Source: an alpha proteobacterium SCGC AAA028-C07 (GTDB taxonomy: Bacteria > Pseudomonadota > Alphaproteobacteria > Pelagibacterales > Pelagibacteraceae). From it: DNA of 64,000 nt. The stretch lies in NCBI GenBank assembly GCA_000419465.1, contig ATTB01000005.1, positions 9,209-73,208 on the forward strand, in the 5' to 3' direction. The stretch's first letter is position 1. The number at the start of each line of letters is the position of its first letter. The translations under genes and the position numbers were made by a program. Below, one piece after another: positions 10,479 to 22,617 of the stretch. The notes under the pieces were generated by a model, which was not told the origin of the DNA, ran no database searches, and was given only the letters and a program-made list of their open reading frames with translations.

Positions 10479-12377
10479 ATGAATTTGCGTAATTTAATGA
10501 TGTGGGGCGTAATCGTTCTACTCGTTTTAGGCTTATATAATCTCTTCCAAAATCCAGGTTCAGTTACTGGAAAAACTGAAATGCCTTTTTCTACTTTTTT
10601 AACGGAAGTAGATAAAGGAAATGTAGTTTCAGTTGATATTAGAGGAAGTGAAATTTCTGGAAATTTCAGAGACGGCAAAGGTTTCAAAACTTATTCACCA
10701 AATTATCCAAATCTAGTTGAAAAATTATCAGCAAAAGGTGTTGCAATCACAGCAGGGCCTAGAGAAGAAAAAGGACCTTCGTTGTGGGGAATAATATTGT
10801 CATGGTTTCCCATGTTATTGCTAATTGGTGTATGGATATTTTTCATGCGTCAGATGCAAGGCGGCAAAGGTGGAGCTATGGGATTTGGAAGATCAAAAGC
10901 AAAATTACTCACAGAAGCTCATGGCAGAGTTACATTCCAAGATGTTGCTGGAGTTGAAGAAGCAAAAGAAGAATTAGAAGAGATTGTTCATTTTTTAAAA
11001 GATCCTAGAAAATTTCAAAAATTAGGAGGAAGAATTCCAAAAGGAGCTTTGCTTGTTGGACCTCCAGGCACAGGTAAGACTTTATTAGCAAGAGCGATTG
11101 CAGGAGAGGCAAATGTTCCTTTCTTTACAATTTCAGGATCAGATTTCGTTGAGATGTTCGTTGGAGTTGGAGCATCTAGAGTTAGAGACATGTTTGAGCA
11201 AGCAAAGAAAAGTGCTCCTTGTATAATATTTATAGATGAAATTGATGCTGTCGGCAGAAGTAGAGGAGCTGGTTTAGGTGGAGGTAATGATGAAAGAGAG
11301 CAGACGTTAAATCAGTTACTTGTTGAGATGGATGGATTTGAAACTAATGAAGGCGTGATTTTAATTGCAGCAACTAACAGACCAGACGTTTTAGATCCTG
11401 CTTTATTAAGACCAGGTCGTTTTGATAGACAAGTTGTTGTATCCAATCCAGATATCATTGGTAGAGAAGCTATTTTAAAAGTGCATCTTAAGAAAATTAC
11501 AACTGGGCCAGATGTAAATCCTAAAGTTATCGCTAGAGGCACACCAGGTTTTTCAGGCGCTGATCTTGCAAACATTGTAAACGAGTCTGCATTACTTGCG
11601 GCAAGAAAAAACAAAAGAATTGTTACCATGTCTGATCTTGAAGAAGCTAAAGACAAAGTCATGATGGGAGCTGAAAGAAGATCTATGGTTATGACGGAAG
11701 AAGAAAAAACATTAACAGCTTACCATGAAGGTGGACATGCAGTTGTTGCTTTGTATGAGCCAACATCAGATCCAATTCATAAAGCAACAATTATTCCAAG
11801 AGGTAGGGCTTTAGGAATGGTCATGAGACTGCCAGAAAGAGATCAGTTGTCTATAACTAGAGAAAAAATGTTTGGTAATATCTCTGTTGCTATGGGAGGT
11901 AGAATTGCAGAAGAAATGATATTTGGTTATGACAATGTAACCTCTGGAGCTTCATCTGACATTGAAATGGTTACAAAAATGGCAAAAAATATGGTTACCA
12001 GATATGGAATGAGTGATCAGTTAGGACCTATTGCTTATCAAGAAAATGAAGAAGAGGTATTTTTAGGAAGATCTGTATCAAGAACGCAGAATGTTTCCGA
12101 AGAAACTGCTAAGAAAATTGATTCAGAAGTAAAAAAAATTGTCGAGGCCGGTTATGCAAGGGCTAAAAAAATATTAGCAGAGAAAGTTGACGAACTTCAT
12201 AAAGTTTCAAAAGCTTTATTAACTTATGAAACATTATCAGGTGAAGAAATTAAAAAAATAGTATTTGAGAATGTTTATCCAAAACGCTTATCTGGAAAAG
12301 AAGAGGCCAGTACCACAAAGAAAAAACTAGGTAGCGCCTTAGGAGCAATAGGTTTAAAGCCTAACACGCAAAGTTAA
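10479..12377 (+). CDS. ftsH: ATP-dependent zinc metalloprotease FtsH
   Basis: GPPGTGKT Walker A, IDEID, SRH motif, HEGGH zinc motif. Confidence 0.98.
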   Translation: MNLRNLMMWGVIVLLVLGLYNLFQNPGSVTGKTEMPFSTFLTEVDKGNVVSVDIRGSEISGNFRDGKGFKTYSPNYPNLVEKLSAKGVAITAGPREEKGPSLWGIILSWFPMLLLIGVWIFFMRQMQGGKGGAMGFGRSKAKLLTEAHGRVTFQDVAGVEEAKEELEEIVHFLKDPRKFQKLGGRIPKGALLVGPPGTGKTLLARAIAGEANVPFFTISGSDFVEMFVGVGASRVRDMFEQAKKSAPCIIFIDEIDAVGRSRGAGLGGGNDEREQTLNQLLVEMDGFETNEGVILIAATNRPDVLDPALLRPGRFDRQVVVSNPDIIGREAILKVHLKKITTGPDVNPKVIARGTPGFSGADLANIVNESALLAARKNKRIVTMSDLEEAKDKVMMGAERRSMVMTEEEKTLTAYHEGGHAVVALYEPTSDPIHKATIIPRGRALGMVMRLPERDQLSITREKMFGNISVAMGGRIAEEMIFGYDNVTSGASSDIEMVTKMAKNMVTRYGMSDQLGPIAYQENEEEVFLGRSVSRTQNVSEETAKKIDSEVKKIVEAGYARAKKILAEKVDELHKVSKALLTYETLSGEEIKKIVFENVYPKRLSGKEEASTTKKKLGSALGAIGLKPNTQS

Positions 12378-12392
12378 TCTAACTTTTCTTTC

Positions 12393-13454
12393 ATGAAGAG
12401 TATTTATATAAGGCCAACCAATGTTGTCTTTGGTCAAAGGGCTAATTATTTTATCCAAGAAGGAACTGCTAAAAGCCTTTGTGGATTGGAAGACGTAGGG
12501 TTTTTATCAGTAGAAATTTTAAAAAGACAATCTGACGGACATACAGTTGAAGAATATAGCGTTCTAGAATTAGAAAAATTAGATTTTAGAAATGAAATTG
12601 AGAGTGATTTAAATAAAATAAGTTCAAAAAGAAATAATATTTTTAATTTAAATTTTAACGACCCTATTTTGATGGGAGTTTTAAATGTTACTCCAGATAG
12701 TTTTTCTGATGGGGGAAAATATAATACCACTTTTAGAGCAATTGATCATGTTAAGAGCATGATAGATTTAGGAGCTCATATTATTGATGTTGGCGGAGAA
12801 TCGACAAGACCGGGTGCAAAATCTGTTAGTGAACAAGATGAAATTGCAAGAGTATCAGAGACAATTCAATTGATAAAAAAAAAATATCCAAACCAATTAA
12901 TTTCATTAGACACAAGAAAATCTAAAGTAATGCAACACGGCATAAATATAGGAGTGGATATATTAAATGATGTGTCAGCATTAGATTTTGATCAGCAATC
13001 TTATCAAGTTGTAAAAGATTCAGGAAAACCAATTATTTTAAATCATTCACAAGGCACACCCGAAGATATGCAAAATAACCCAACTTATGAAAATGTATTA
13101 CTAGATATTTTTGATTATTTCGAAAATAAAATTAAATTTTTAAAAGATAATGGAGTTAAGGATGAGCAAATTATTATCGATCCAGGAATAGGTTTTGGAA
13201 AAACTTTAGAGCATAATTTAGAAATTATTTCTAAGATTTCAATATTCCATAGTCTTGGTCATCCAATAATGGTCGGCCCTTCTAGAAAAAGTTTTATAGG
13301 AAAAATTATGGGCGAAAAAGATAATCCACAAAGATTAGGAGGCACAATAGCCTCTGTTTTATATTCTTATTTGCAAGGTATTCAGCTATTTAGAGTTCAT
13401 GATATACAAGAAACGAACGAAGCTCTTAGAGTTTATTCGCAATTTTTAAAGTAA
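12393..13454 (+). CDS. folP: dihydropteroate synthase with N-terminal extension
   Basis: MGVLNVTPDSFSDGG, GGESTRPG, DPGIGFGK, SRKSF, RVHD. Confidence 0.96.
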   Translation: MKSIYIRPTNVVFGQRANYFIQEGTAKSLCGLEDVGFLSVEILKRQSDGHTVEEYSVLELEKLDFRNEIESDLNKISSKRNNIFNLNFNDPILMGVLNVTPDSFSDGGKYNTTFRAIDHVKSMIDLGAHIIDVGGESTRPGAKSVSEQDEIARVSETIQLIKKKYPNQLISLDTRKSKVMQHGINIGVDILNDVSALDFDQQSYQVVKDSGKPIILNHSQGTPEDMQNNPTYENVLLDIFDYFENKIKFLKDNGVKDEQIIIDPGIGFGKTLEHNLEIISKISIFHSLGHPIMVGPSRKSFIGKIMGEKDNPQRLGGTIASVLYSYLQGIQLFRVHDIQETNEALRVYSQFLK

Positions 13455-13459
13455 TAACA

Positions 13460-14797
13460 ATGAAAAAGTATTTTGGAACTGACGGTATTAGAGGGGAAGT
13501 TAATAAAGGTAGTATTACTGGAGAAATGTTTTTCAGATTTGGTCTGGCTGCAGGAACATATTTTTCCAATCAAAATAAACAACGTCACAAGGCAATTATT
13601 GCTAAAGACACTCGTTTATCAGGCTACATGCTAGAACCCGCTTTAGTTTCAGGACTTATTTCTGCTGGGATGGACGTTTTACTTTTAGGACCATTACCAA
13701 CAAACGGACTTGCTATGTTAACAAAATCTATGAAAGCAGATCTTGGAATTATGTTAACAGCTTCACACAATCCTCATACAGACAATGGCTTAAAACTTTT
13801 TGGCCCCGATGGAATGAAGCTTTCCGACAAAGTTGAAAAACAAATCGAAAAATTAATCGACGACAAAGTTGAAAAATATTTAGTAAAACCAAATTTATTA
13901 GGCAGAGCCAAGAGATTAGAAGATGCAACTGAAAATTATATAGGAATATTAAAAAATATTTTTCCAAAATCATTTAATTTATCTGGAGTAAAAATATTTC
14001 TAGATTGCGCAAATGGAGCTTCTTATAAATCAGCACCAGCCTTACTTAGAGAATTAGGAGCTGAAGTTGTCGCCATTGGAATAAATCCAGATGGATTTAA
14101 TATTAACAAAAATTGTGGGTCAACGCATCCAGAGCTTATTCAACAATCAGTAAAAACTCATAAAGCAGATATTGGCATAGCATTCGATGGCGATGCAGAC
14201 AGAGTTATTATGTGCGATGAAAAAGGAGAAATTATTGATGGAGATCAAATTATTGCAATGATTGCAAAAAATTGGAAAAAGAAAAAGATTTTAAAAGGCG
14301 GTGTAGTTGGAACGTTAATGACTAATTTAGGATTAGAAAATTATTTTAAAAATAATAATATTAAATTTCAAAGAGCAGATGTAGGTGATCGATACGTTAA
14401 AGAAAAAATGAATAGCTTGAAATATAATTTAGGAGGAGAACAGTCGGGACACATTATACTTGGAAATCTTGCAACTACAGGAGATGGATTGTTAGTTGCT
14501 TTAGAAGTTTTAAATTCTTTAAAAAATAATGGTAAAGCAAGTAAAGTATTTTCAGTATTTAAAAAAGTTCCTCAAGTCTTAGAAAATATTAAAGTTAAGA
14601 ATAAAAATATTGTTGAAAATAAATCTCTTAAAGCAAAACTTAATCTGATTAATAAAAGTTTAAAACAAGAAGGCAGGTTATTAGTTAGAAAATCAGGAAC
14701 GGAAAATCTTGTAAGAATAATGGTTGAAAGTTTAGATAAGAAATTAATTAAAGATACTGTGACTGAAGTTAAAAAACTAATAATAAACTACGCATAA
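13460..14797 (+). CDS. glmM: phosphoglucosamine mutase
   Basis: YFGTDGIRG, TASHNP, FDGDADR, GGEQSGH. Confidence 0.96.
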   Translation: MKKYFGTDGIRGEVNKGSITGEMFFRFGLAAGTYFSNQNKQRHKAIIAKDTRLSGYMLEPALVSGLISAGMDVLLLGPLPTNGLAMLTKSMKADLGIMLTASHNPHTDNGLKLFGPDGMKLSDKVEKQIEKLIDDKVEKYLVKPNLLGRAKRLEDATENYIGILKNIFPKSFNLSGVKIFLDCANGASYKSAPALLRELGAEVVAIGINPDGFNINKNCGSTHPELIQQSVKTHKADIGIAFDGDADRVIMCDEKGEIIDGDQIIAMIAKNWKKKKILKGGVVGTLMTNLGLENYFKNNNIKFQRADVGDRYVKEKMNSLKYNLGGEQSGHIILGNLATTGDGLLVALEVLNSLKNNGKASKVFSVFKKVPQVLENIKVKNKNIVENKSLKAKLNLINKSLKQEGRLLVRKSGTENLVRIMVESLDKKLIKDTVTEVKKLIINYA

Positions 14798-14799
14798 AA

Positions 14800-15594
14800 T
14801 TGAAACTAAAGTCTAAGTTATTAATTATTGCAGGCTCAGATTCTAGTGGAGGAGCTGGTATTCAAGCAGATATTAAAACAGCAACTTCGCTTGGTGTTTA
14901 TGCAATGACAGCAATAACTGCAATTACCGCTCAAAACACAACAGGTGTAAAATCAATTGTATCTATTCCGCCAAAAGAAATTTTTAATCAAATTTCATTT
15001 TCAGTGCAGGATATTAGACCAAATTCTATAAAAATTGGCATGCTGCATAATGTGGGTGTAATCAAAGAAGTTATAAAGGCTATCAAGAAAAATAAATTAA
15101 AAAATATTGTAATTGATCCTGTGATGGTTGCAAAAGGTGGGCACAGATTGATTAGTAATAGCTCTATCAACTTTTTAAGAAAAAAATTATTACCTTATGC
15201 ATTATTAGTAACACCAAATATTCCAGAGGCTGAAACTTTAATTAAAAAAAAAATTAAAAATTTAGAAGATGTAATTAAAGCTGGAAAAGAAATTCTAAAA
15301 TTTGGACCCAAGTTTGTTCTTATAAAAGGAGGGCACACTAATAAATCTTTTATCGAAGATGTTTTGATTTCAAAAAATAACATTAAAATTTTTAAAAATA
15401 AGAAAATTAAAACTAAAAATACACATGGTACAGGCTGCACTTTATCTACCGCAATCGCTTCTTTTATTTCTAAAAATTATAATATGAACGAATCGTGCAG
15501 ACGATCTATTAAATATGTTCATAAAGCAATTTTGCTAAATCCAAAATTTGGAAGAGGACATGGGCCAATTAATCATATGGCTTTATTAAATTAA
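14800..15594 (+). CDS. thiD: hydroxymethylpyrimidine/phosphomethylpyrimidine kinase
   Basis: IAGSDSSGGAGIQADIK, DPVM, TPNIPEA, THGTGCTLS. Confidence 0.95.
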   Translation: MKLKSKLLIIAGSDSSGGAGIQADIKTATSLGVYAMTAITAITAQNTTGVKSIVSIPPKEIFNQISFSVQDIRPNSIKIGMLHNVGVIKEVIKAIKKNKLKNIVIDPVMVAKGGHRLISNSSINFLRKKLLPYALLVTPNIPEAETLIKKKIKNLEDVIKAGKEILKFGPKFVLIKGGHTNKSFIEDVLISKNNIKIFKNKKIKTKNTHGTGCTLSTAIASFISKNYNMNESCRRSIKYVHKAILLNPKFGRGHGPINHMALLN

Positions 15595-15633
15595 ATAATT
15601 TAGATCTTTATAGAGATCTAAAAACATTTACTT

Positions 15634-16923
15634 ATGACAAACGTTGTAGTTGTAGGCTCTCAGTGGGGCGATGAGGGCAAAGGGAAGATTGTGGACTGGC
15701 TTTCAGAGCAAGCCGATGTCGTCATTAGATTCCAAGGCGGTCATAATGCAGGTCATACATTAGTTATTAATGGAAAAGTTTTTAAATTAAAGTTACTTCC
15801 ATCAGGAATAGTAAGAGGCGATAAAATTTCAATTATTGGAAATGGAGTTGTTATTGATCCTTGGGCACTACTAGAAGAAATTGAAGAGATAAAAAAAAAA
15901 GGAGTTGATGTTAATGAAAATAATTTAATTATTTCTGACACTGCAACTTTAATTCTCCCTTTTCATAAAGAAATGGATGAGATCAGAGAAGATGCAGCAA
16001 AATCTAAAATTGGAACTACAAGAAGAGGAATAGGACCTGCCTATGAGGATAAGATTGGTAGACGTTCTATTCGAGTTATGGATTTACGTTCTAAAAAAAA
16101 TTTAGAGCAAAGACTTGAAGTCATTTTAGAACATCATAACGCAATCCGAAAAGGATTAAAAAAGAAAATATATAATGCAGATGAATTAATTAATAAATTA
16201 TTGAAAATTGCCCCACAAATATTAAAATTTTCTCAACCGGTTTGGAAAAAAATTGCTGAATATCAAAAATTAAATAAAAAAATATTATTTGAAGGAGCAC
16301 AGGGAATATTACTTGATGTAGATCATGGAACTTATCCTTATGTTACCTCATCAAATACGGTTGCTGGTACAGCTTCAGTTGGCACAGGTTGTGGTCCAAA
16401 AACAATTGATTATGTTCTGGGAATTACTAAAGCTTACACAACAAGAGTAGGAGAAGGTCCTTTTCCAACAGAGCTTAAAGATGCAACAGGCGAATTAATT
16501 GGTCAAAGAGGTCATGAGTTTGGAACTGTAACTAACAGAAAAAGAAGATGTGGTTGGTTTGATGGAGTTCTTGTTAAACAATCTGCAACTATTTCAGGAA
16601 TTACGGGTATCGCACTAACTAAGCTAGATGTTCTTGATACGTTAAATGAAATTAAATTTTGCATTGGCTATAAATTGCGTGGCAAAGAATTTGATTTTTT
16701 TCCAAGTGCATCAGAAGACCAATTTGCAGTAGAGCCTATTTACAAAACTTTTGAAGGCTGGAAGTCTGAAACAAGGGGAATAAGAAATTACAAAGAATTG
16801 CCAGAGAAAGCAAAAATTTATATTGCAGCCATTGAAGATTTTGTAGGCGTTAAGATAGCAAGTATTTCAACAAGTCCTGAAAGAGATGATACGATTTTTG
16901 TTGAAGATCCTTTTAATGCGTAA
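15634..16923 (+). CDS. purA: adenylosuccinate synthetase
   Basis: [33 protein letters not shown]. Confidence 0.98.
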   Translation: MTNVVVVGSQWGDEGKGKIVDWLSEQADVVIRFQGGHNAGHTLVINGKVFKLKLLPSGIVRGDKISIIGNGVVIDPWALLEEIEEIKKKGVDVNENNLIISDTATLILPFHKEMDEIREDAAKSKIGTTRRGIGPAYEDKIGRRSIRVMDLRSKKNLEQRLEVILEHHNAIRKGLKKKIYNADELINKLLKIAPQILKFSQPVWKKIAEYQKLNKKILFEGAQGILLDVDHGTYPYVTSSNTVAGTASVGTGCGPKTIDYVLGITKAYTTRVGEGPFPTELKDATGELIGQRGHEFGTVTNRKRRCGWFDGVLVKQSATISGITGIALTKLDVLDTLNEIKFCIGYKLRGKEFDFFPSASEDQFAVEPIYKTFEGWKSETRGIRNYKELPEKAKIYIAAIEDFVGVKIASISTSPERDDTIFVEDPFNA

Positions 16924-17812
16924 TGAAAGGTTTTGTTTTAGTATTCTCTAACATTGCTTTTTGAACTTTTTCAAAAGCTCTATTCTCGATTTGTCTTACT
17001 CTTTCTCTGCTGATTTTATATTTTTGGCTAAGCTCTTCTAAAGTTTTTGGCTCATCAATAAGTTTTCTGTCATATAAAATTTCTTTTTCTCTTTCATCTA
17101 AAACTTTTAAAGCTGTTTGTAATAAAGCATGTTTTTGATCTAATTCTTGACGTTGAGAAATCAATAGTTCCTGATCAGCATTTTCGTCTACAATCCAATC
17201 CTGCCACTGACCACTTTGTTCTTCACCTGAAATTTTAGCATTTAAAGATTGTTCTTGTCCTGCCATTCGTCTGTTCATTGAAATAACTTCATCTTCATTC
17301 ACATCTAGTCGATTTGCTATTTCTTTAACATGAGCTGGAGTCATATCGCCACTTTCAATGGCAAAAATTTGATTTTTTAATTTTCTAAGATTAAAAAATA
17401 ATTTTTTTTGTGCAGCAGTTGTTCCAATTTTAACCAAACTCCAAGATCTTAAAATATATTCTTGGATAGAAGCTTTAATCCACCACATCGCATATGTCGC
17501 AAGTCTAAATCCCCTTTCAGGGTCAAATTTTTTAACTGCCTGCATTAAACCAATATTCCCTTCAGATATTAATTCTCCAACAGGAAGACCATAACCCCTG
17601 TAACCCATTGCAATTTTTGCAACTAATCTTAAATGACTTGTAACTAAAGTGTGAGCTGACTCTCTATCTCCTTTTTCACGCCAATTTTTTGCAAGAATAT
17701 ATTCTTGCTGTGGCTCTAACATTGGAAATTTCCTAATTTTTAACAAATAAGAATTTAAACTTCCCTCAGGCGTAAGAGTTGGAAGATTGGAATGTTTTTC
17801 AATTTTTTCCAT
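16913..17812 (-). CDS. rpoH: RNA polymerase sigma-32
   Basis: RpoH box [10 protein letters not shown]; [19 protein letters not shown]. Confidence 0.97.
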   Translation of the reverse strand: MEKIEKHSNLPTLTPEGSLNSYLLKIRKFPMLEPQQEYILAKNWREKGDRESAHTLVTSHLRLVAKIAMGYRGYGLPVGELISEGNIGLMQAVKKFDPERGFRLATYAMWWIKASIQEYILRSWSLVKIGTTAAQKKLFFNLRKLKNQIFAIESGDMTPAHVKEIANRLDVNEDEVISMNRRMAGQEQSLNAKISGEEQSGQWQDWIVDENADQELLISQRQELDQKHALLQTALKVLDEREKEILYDRKLIDEPKTLEELSQKYKISRERVRQIENRAFEKVQKAMLENTKTKPFITH

Positions 17813-17819
17813 GATATTT

Positions 17820-17847
17820 ATGTGGGTATTATAACTCGTATAACAAG
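17820..17847 (-). promoter_or_regulatory. putative sigma-32 promoter of rpoH (CTTG-N17-CCCACAT) with nested TATAAT
   Basis: Minus strand CTTG ttatacgagttataata CCCACAT, ending 7 nt before the ATG. Confidence 0.5.
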
Positions 17848-17850
17848 ATA

Positions 17851-18834
17851 TTAAAACTTAAGCTTTTTGATTGTTTTTAGTAGATTTTCAAAATCTTTTG
17901 GTTTTTCACATTCAAATTCTATTTTCTTTTTTGTAGTTGGATGAATAAATCCAATAGATTTTGCGTGTAAAGCTTGTCTTTTAAATCCTTCTAATAGTTC
18001 TTTAAACTTAGGATCAATATCTCTGATAAATTTATTTTGTTTTCCATAAATCTGATCACCAATAATAGGATTGCCATATGATGAAAGGTGAACTCTAATT
18101 TGATGAGTTCTTCCAGTTTCTAATCTACATTCAAGAAAACTCATATCAGGAATTTTTTTACCTGAGAAAAATTCTATAGTTTGGTAATTTGTAACAGCAT
18201 CTTTTCCTCTAGAGGTATTGATGCTCATTTTTTTTCTATTGAATTTACTTCTGCCAATCATAGATGATATTTGTCCAGAGCTTGGCTTCATTCTTCCGTA
18301 AACAAGAACCTCATAAACTCGTCTGATGGTATGCTCTGCAAACTGTTTTGATAAAAAAATATGAGCGTTATCATTTTTTGCTACAACTAACAGACCGCTA
18401 GTCCCTTTATCAATTCTATGAACTATACCTGGTCTTAATTCTCCACCAATGGTTGAAAGTTTATTTTTACAATGAAACATAAGAGCATTTACCAAAGTAT
18501 TATCAAAATTCCCTGCACCAGGATGAACAACCATTTCAGGAGATTTATTAATAATTAGTAAATCAGCATCCTCGTAACGAATATCTAGTTTAATATCTTT
18601 TGCTGAAATATTAACTTCCTTAGGCTCAGGTATTGAAACTTCTACAATATCAGATGATCTTATTTTGATTGAAGCTTGAGTTATTTGAATTTTATTAATT
18701 TTAACAAAGCCTTCGTTAATAATATTTTTAATCCTTGTTCTGCTAATTGTTGGAATTAGAACAGCCAGAGCAGAATCTAAACGTGTATTATTTTTCTCTT
18801 CTGTTATTTCAAATTTATATTCGTTAGTAGACAT
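17851..18834 (-). CDS. rluD: RluA-family 23S rRNA pseudouridine synthase with S4 domain
   Basis: RPGIVHRIDKGTSG, LETGRTHQIRVH; upstream of rpoH as in other Alphaproteobacteria. Confidence 0.93.
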   Translation of the reverse strand: MSTNEYKFEITEEKNNTRLDSALAVLIPTISRTRIKNIINEGFVKINKIQITQASIKIRSSDIVEVSIPEPKEVNISAKDIKLDIRYEDADLLIINKSPEMVVHPGAGNFDNTLVNALMFHCKNKLSTIGGELRPGIVHRIDKGTSGLLVVAKNDNAHIFLSKQFAEHTIRRVYEVLVYGRMKPSSGQISSMIGRSKFNRKKMSINTSRGKDAVTNYQTIEFFSGKKIPDMSFLECRLETGRTHQIRVHLSSYGNPIIGDQIYGKQNKFIRDIDPKFKELLEGFKRQALHAKSIGFIHPTTKKKIEFECEKPKDFENLLKTIKKLKF

Positions 18835-18846
18835 GATTAGTAATTT

Positions 18847-18921
18847 TGGTGGTCTTGCTAGGACTTGAACCTAGAACTCTAGTTTCGAAGACTAGGATGA
18901 TATCCATTTCACTACAAGACC
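18847..18921 (-). tRNA. tRNA-Arg (anticodon UCG)
   Basis: GGTCTTG acceptor stem, D-arm GTGA-AATGGATA-TCAT, anticodon arm CTAGT-CTTCGAA-ACTAG, T-arm CTAGG-TTCAAGT-CCTAG, encoded ACCA. Confidence 0.95.
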
Positions 18922-19011
18922 GTGACTTAATGTTTATTATTCAACCATAAATTAGCAAAATTGAGAGTCTAGGACTAGAAGATTTTGTTAATTTATTATA
19001 AGTTAATTAAG

Positions 19012-20109
19012 ATGATATTAGGATCTGTAGTTGATAGCGATATAAACGAAAAAAGAATAGCAATTTCTCCCGATACAATTAAAAAATATATTACTAGTGG
19101 TCTTTCAGTGCAGCTTGAAAAAGATTTTGGAAAAAATTCTAATATTGATGATAATGAATTACAAAGACTAGGAGCCAAAATCTTAAACAAAGAAGAAATC
19201 TACAAAACTTCAGACATTATCGTTAAAATTAATTGTCCAAGCGATTCTGAAATTTTACTAATAAAAGAAGGCGCGGTATTAATCGGTAGTTTTTTTCCTT
19301 ACCTAAATAAAGATAGAATTAATAAACTTTTAAAAAGAAATATAAAAATATTTTCTTTAGAATTACTTCCAAGAATAACTAGGGCGCAGTCTATGGATAT
19401 TCTATCCTCCCAAGCAAATTTAGCTGGCTACAAAGCGGTAATAGATTCCGTTTATGAATATAACAAAGCAGTTCCAATGATGATGACAGCTGCTGGAACA
19501 ATAACACCTGCAAAATTCTTTATAATAGGTGCAGGAGTTGCTGGACTACAAGCTATTGCTACTGCAAAAAGATTAGGAGGCGTTGTGTCAGCAACAGATG
19601 TTAGGCTTGCTTCAAAAGAACAAGTAGAGAGTTTAGGAGGAAAATTTATTTTTGCTGAGAGTTCAAAAAATTTAGAGACAAGTGGCGGTTATGCAAAAGA
19701 GCTAGATGAAGAAGATAAAAAGAAACAGGAAGAATTGTTAAAAAATACAATTAAAAATCAAGATATTGTTATTTGCACTGCATTAATTCCAGGCAAGAAA
19801 GCTCCAAGAATTGTTACAGATGAAATGGTTAAATCAATGAAGAGTGGCTCTGTTATTTGTGATTTAGCTGTAGAGCAAGGTGGTAATTCAGCTTTCTCTG
19901 AGCCTGGGAAAATCGTAGTTATAAATGGAGTAAAAATTATAGGACATAAAAATTTTCCAAGTAGAATTTCAGAAAGCGCATCTATTTTATTTGCAAAAAA
20001 TGTTTTAAATTTTTTAGAAATAATTTATGACAAAGTTGAAAAAAAATTAAAGATAGATGAAAATGATGAAATTATTAAAGCAGTTTATATTAATAAGGAG
20101 ATTAGCTAA
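19012..20109 (+). CDS. pntAA: NAD(P) transhydrogenase alpha subunit part 1
   Basis: [41 protein letters not shown]; start ATG 19012. Confidence 0.95.
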   Translation: MILGSVVDSDINEKRIAISPDTIKKYITSGLSVQLEKDFGKNSNIDDNELQRLGAKILNKEEIYKTSDIIVKINCPSDSEILLIKEGAVLIGSFFPYLNKDRINKLLKRNIKIFSLELLPRITRAQSMDILSSQANLAGYKAVIDSVYEYNKAVPMMMTAAGTITPAKFFIIGAGVAGLQAIATAKRLGGVVSATDVRLASKEQVESLGGKFIFAESSKNLETSGGYAKELDEEDKKKQEELLKNTIKNQDIVICTALIPGKKAPRIVTDEMVKSMKSGSVICDLAVEQGGNSAFSEPGKIVVINGVKIIGHKNFPSRISESASILFAKNVLNFLEIIYDKVEKKLKIDENDEIIKAVYINKEIS

Positions 20110-20411
20110 TGGAAATTGATCCAATTATTTTTAGATTTGCGATTTTTATTTTATCTATTTTTGTAGGCTATTATGTAGTTTGGAGTGTAACTCCAGCGTT
20201 ACACACTCCCTTAATGTCAGTGACCAATGCAATTTCATCAGTAATTATAGTTGGAGCTTTAGTAGCGGTAGGTTTATCTCCAATCACTCAAGGCTTTTTT
20301 GGAAAGTTTCCAGGAATTCTTGGAATTTTACTTGCTTCAGTAAATATTTTTGGTGGCTTCTTAGTTACCCAAAGAATGCTGAAAATGTATAAAAAAAATA
20401 AAAAGAAATGA
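20109..20411 (+). CDS. pntAB: NAD(P) transhydrogenase alpha subunit part 2
   Basis: [31 protein letters not shown]. Confidence 0.95.
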   Translation: MEIDPIIFRFAIFILSIFVGYYVVWSVTPALHTPLMSVTNAISSVIIVGALVAVGLSPITQGFFGKFPGILGILLASVNIFGGFLVTQRMLKMYKKNKKK

Positions 20412-21814
20412 TTTCAGCAAATATTACAGCAACATTGTATTTAGTAACCGGCATATTGTTTATTATGGCCTTAAGAGGACTTTCTTCTCCAGAAACTTCA
20501 AGAACAGGAAACTTTTTTGGAATTCTAGGAATGTCACTTGCTATAGTTGTTACTCTTTTATCTCTTGGGGACATTCAGCAAATTAAAGAAAATATTTTTT
20601 ATATTTTAATTCCAATCATTATAGGAGGATTGATAGGAGGATTGATTGCATTTAGAGTATCAATGACAGCAATGCCACAACTAGTGGCTGGCTTTCATAG
20701 TTTAGTTGGTCTTTCAGCAGTACTTGTAGGAATAGTAGCATTTTATAATCCATCTTCATTTGGAATAGGCCAATTTGGAAATATCAAAGTTTTATCTTTA
20801 ATCGAAATGTCATTAGGAGTTGCAATTGGAGCCATTACATTCTCCGGTTCTTGTATTGCATTTTTAAAGCTCCAAGGATTAATGTCTGGAAGCCCTATAA
20901 CATTTAAAGGTCAGCATTTTATAAACTTATTGATAGGATTATTAACAATATTTTTAATATTTTATTTTACAAAATTACAATCTGAAAATTTATTTTGGGC
21001 CATTATAATTATTTCAATTCTAATTGGTTTTTTAATTATCATTCCAATAGGAGGAGCAGATATGCCTGTTGTGGTTTCTATGTTAAATTCTTATTCCGGC
21101 TGGGCTGCTGCTGGAATTGGTTTTACCTTAGAAAATATTGCTCTTATTATTACAGGAGCTTTAGTTGGATCTTCAGGGGCCATTCTTTCTTATATTATGT
21201 GCAAAGGAATGAACCGTTCATTATTTAATGTTATTCTTGGTGGATTTGGCGGCGATACGTCATCTGCAACTGTTCAAAAAAATGCCAGACCAGTTAAACA
21301 AGGAGGTGCAGATGATGCTGCCTTTTTGATGAAGAATGCATCTTCAGTTATTATTGTTCCAGGTTACGGAATGGCAGTAGCACAAGCACAGCATGCGCTT
21401 CGTGAAATGGGTGATAAATTAAAAAAATTAGGTGTCAAAGTTTCTTATGCAATTCACCCAGTAGCAGGAAGAATGCCAGGACACATGAATGTTTTATTGG
21501 CTGAAGCAAACGTGCCATATGATGAAGTATTTGAACTTGAAAATATTAATAATGATTTTGCTAATACAGATGTTGCATTTGTAATTGGTGCAAATGATGT
21601 AACTAATCCTGCAGCCAAAACTGATCCTAAGAGTGCAATTTATGGTATGCCAATTCTTGATGTTGAAAAATCAAAGTCTGTATTATTCGTAAAAAGAGGA
21701 ATGGCGTCTGGTTACGCTGGAGTTGATAATGAATTATTTTATAGAGATAACACTCTTATGTTATTTGCCGATGCAAAAAAAATGGTCGAAGAAATTATAA
21801 AAAATTTAGATTAA
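20408..21814 (+). CDS. pntB: NAD(P) transhydrogenase beta subunit
   Basis: [30 protein letters not shown]. Confidence 0.97.
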   Translation: MISANITATLYLVTGILFIMALRGLSSPETSRTGNFFGILGMSLAIVVTLLSLGDIQQIKENIFYILIPIIIGGLIGGLIAFRVSMTAMPQLVAGFHSLVGLSAVLVGIVAFYNPSSFGIGQFGNIKVLSLIEMSLGVAIGAITFSGSCIAFLKLQGLMSGSPITFKGQHFINLLIGLLTIFLIFYFTKLQSENLFWAIIIISILIGFLIIIPIGGADMPVVVSMLNSYSGWAAAGIGFTLENIALIITGALVGSSGAILSYIMCKGMNRSLFNVILGGFGGDTSSATVQKNARPVKQGGADDAAFLMKNASSVIIVPGYGMAVAQAQHALREMGDKLKKLGVKVSYAIHPVAGRMPGHMNVLLAEANVPYDEVFELENINNDFANTDVAFVIGANDVTNPAAKTDPKSAIYGMPILDVEKSKSVLFVKRGMASGYAGVDNELFYRDNTLMLFADAKKMVEEIIKNLD

Positions 21815-21822
21815 CAATTAAC

Positions 21823-22617
21823 TTATTCACCAGTATTAATAAGACCGCCTCGTTTTCTAGCTCCCTCGAAAGATACTAAAAAAACGATAACAGCAATTAT
21901 TGCATAAATTATATTTAAGATAATTGATTTTATAAAATAGTTACTATTAAAATTATTACTAAATAAGACTTCACGCATTCCCTCAAATACATAGGTTTGT
22001 GGAAATGATAATGAAAGCCATCTAATCCATTCTGGCAGTGTCTCAACGGGATAATAAACTGCACTTAATGGAGCTAAAGTAAAAATAGCTCCCCACGCTA
22101 AACTTTCCGCCGCAACACCAAAACGAATAATTGCTGCTATAATAAATATTCCAAGTATCCACCCTGTCATTAGTAAACTTGTAAAGAAAAACATAAGACT
22201 AAGTCCCATTTGAAATAATGAAAAAGAATAAAGGGGTATAGCGAGAAGAGCAGCAGGTATCATTGCAATTGTCGTTCTTATAAAACTTATAGTCATTAAT
22301 GACAAAACTAACTCCAATGGTCTAAGTGGGCTGACAAATAATTGCCCTAAGTTTCTAGACCAAATCTCTTCCAAAAATGAAATAGAAAAACCTAATTGGC
22401 TTCTAAATAAAATATCCCATAACAAAACACCTGCAATTAAAACTCCACCAATTTGAATAATTGTGTCATTAGAGTTTGTTAAATGTTTTGAAATTAAGCC
22501 CCATAAAATCATTTGAAATGTTGGCCAATACATCAGTTCTAAAATTCTAGGAAAAGAAGTTTTAATTAAATAAAAATATCTAACGACCAGTGCAAAAATT
22601 CTAACTAAAGATTTCAT
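21823..22617 (-). CDS. ABC-2 type transporter permease
   Basis: Multi-TM; EEIWSRNLGQLFVSPL and YYPVETLPEW motifs; adjacent to ABC ATPase. Confidence 0.88.
   Translation of the reverse strand: MKSLVRIFALVVRYFYLIKTSFPRILELMYWPTFQMILWGLISKHLTNSNDTIIQIGGVLIAGVLLWDILFRSQLGFSISFLEEIWSRNLGQLFVSPLRPLELVLSLMTISFIRTTIAMIPAALLAIPLYSFSLFQMGLSLMFFFTSLLMTGWILGIFIIAAIIRFGVAAESLAWGAIFTLAPLSAVYYPVETLPEWIRWLSLSFPQTYVFEGMREVLFSNNFNSNYFIKSIILNIIYAIIAVIVFLVSFEGARKRGGLINTGE

Noticed and set aside
14798-14800. TPP riboswitch upstream of thiD
   Set aside because: Only 2 bp separate glmM and thiD; there is no room and no motif
18847-18921. tRNA-Arg as an integration site
   Set aside because: Flanked by core rluD and pntA; no duplicated 3' end or integrase seen
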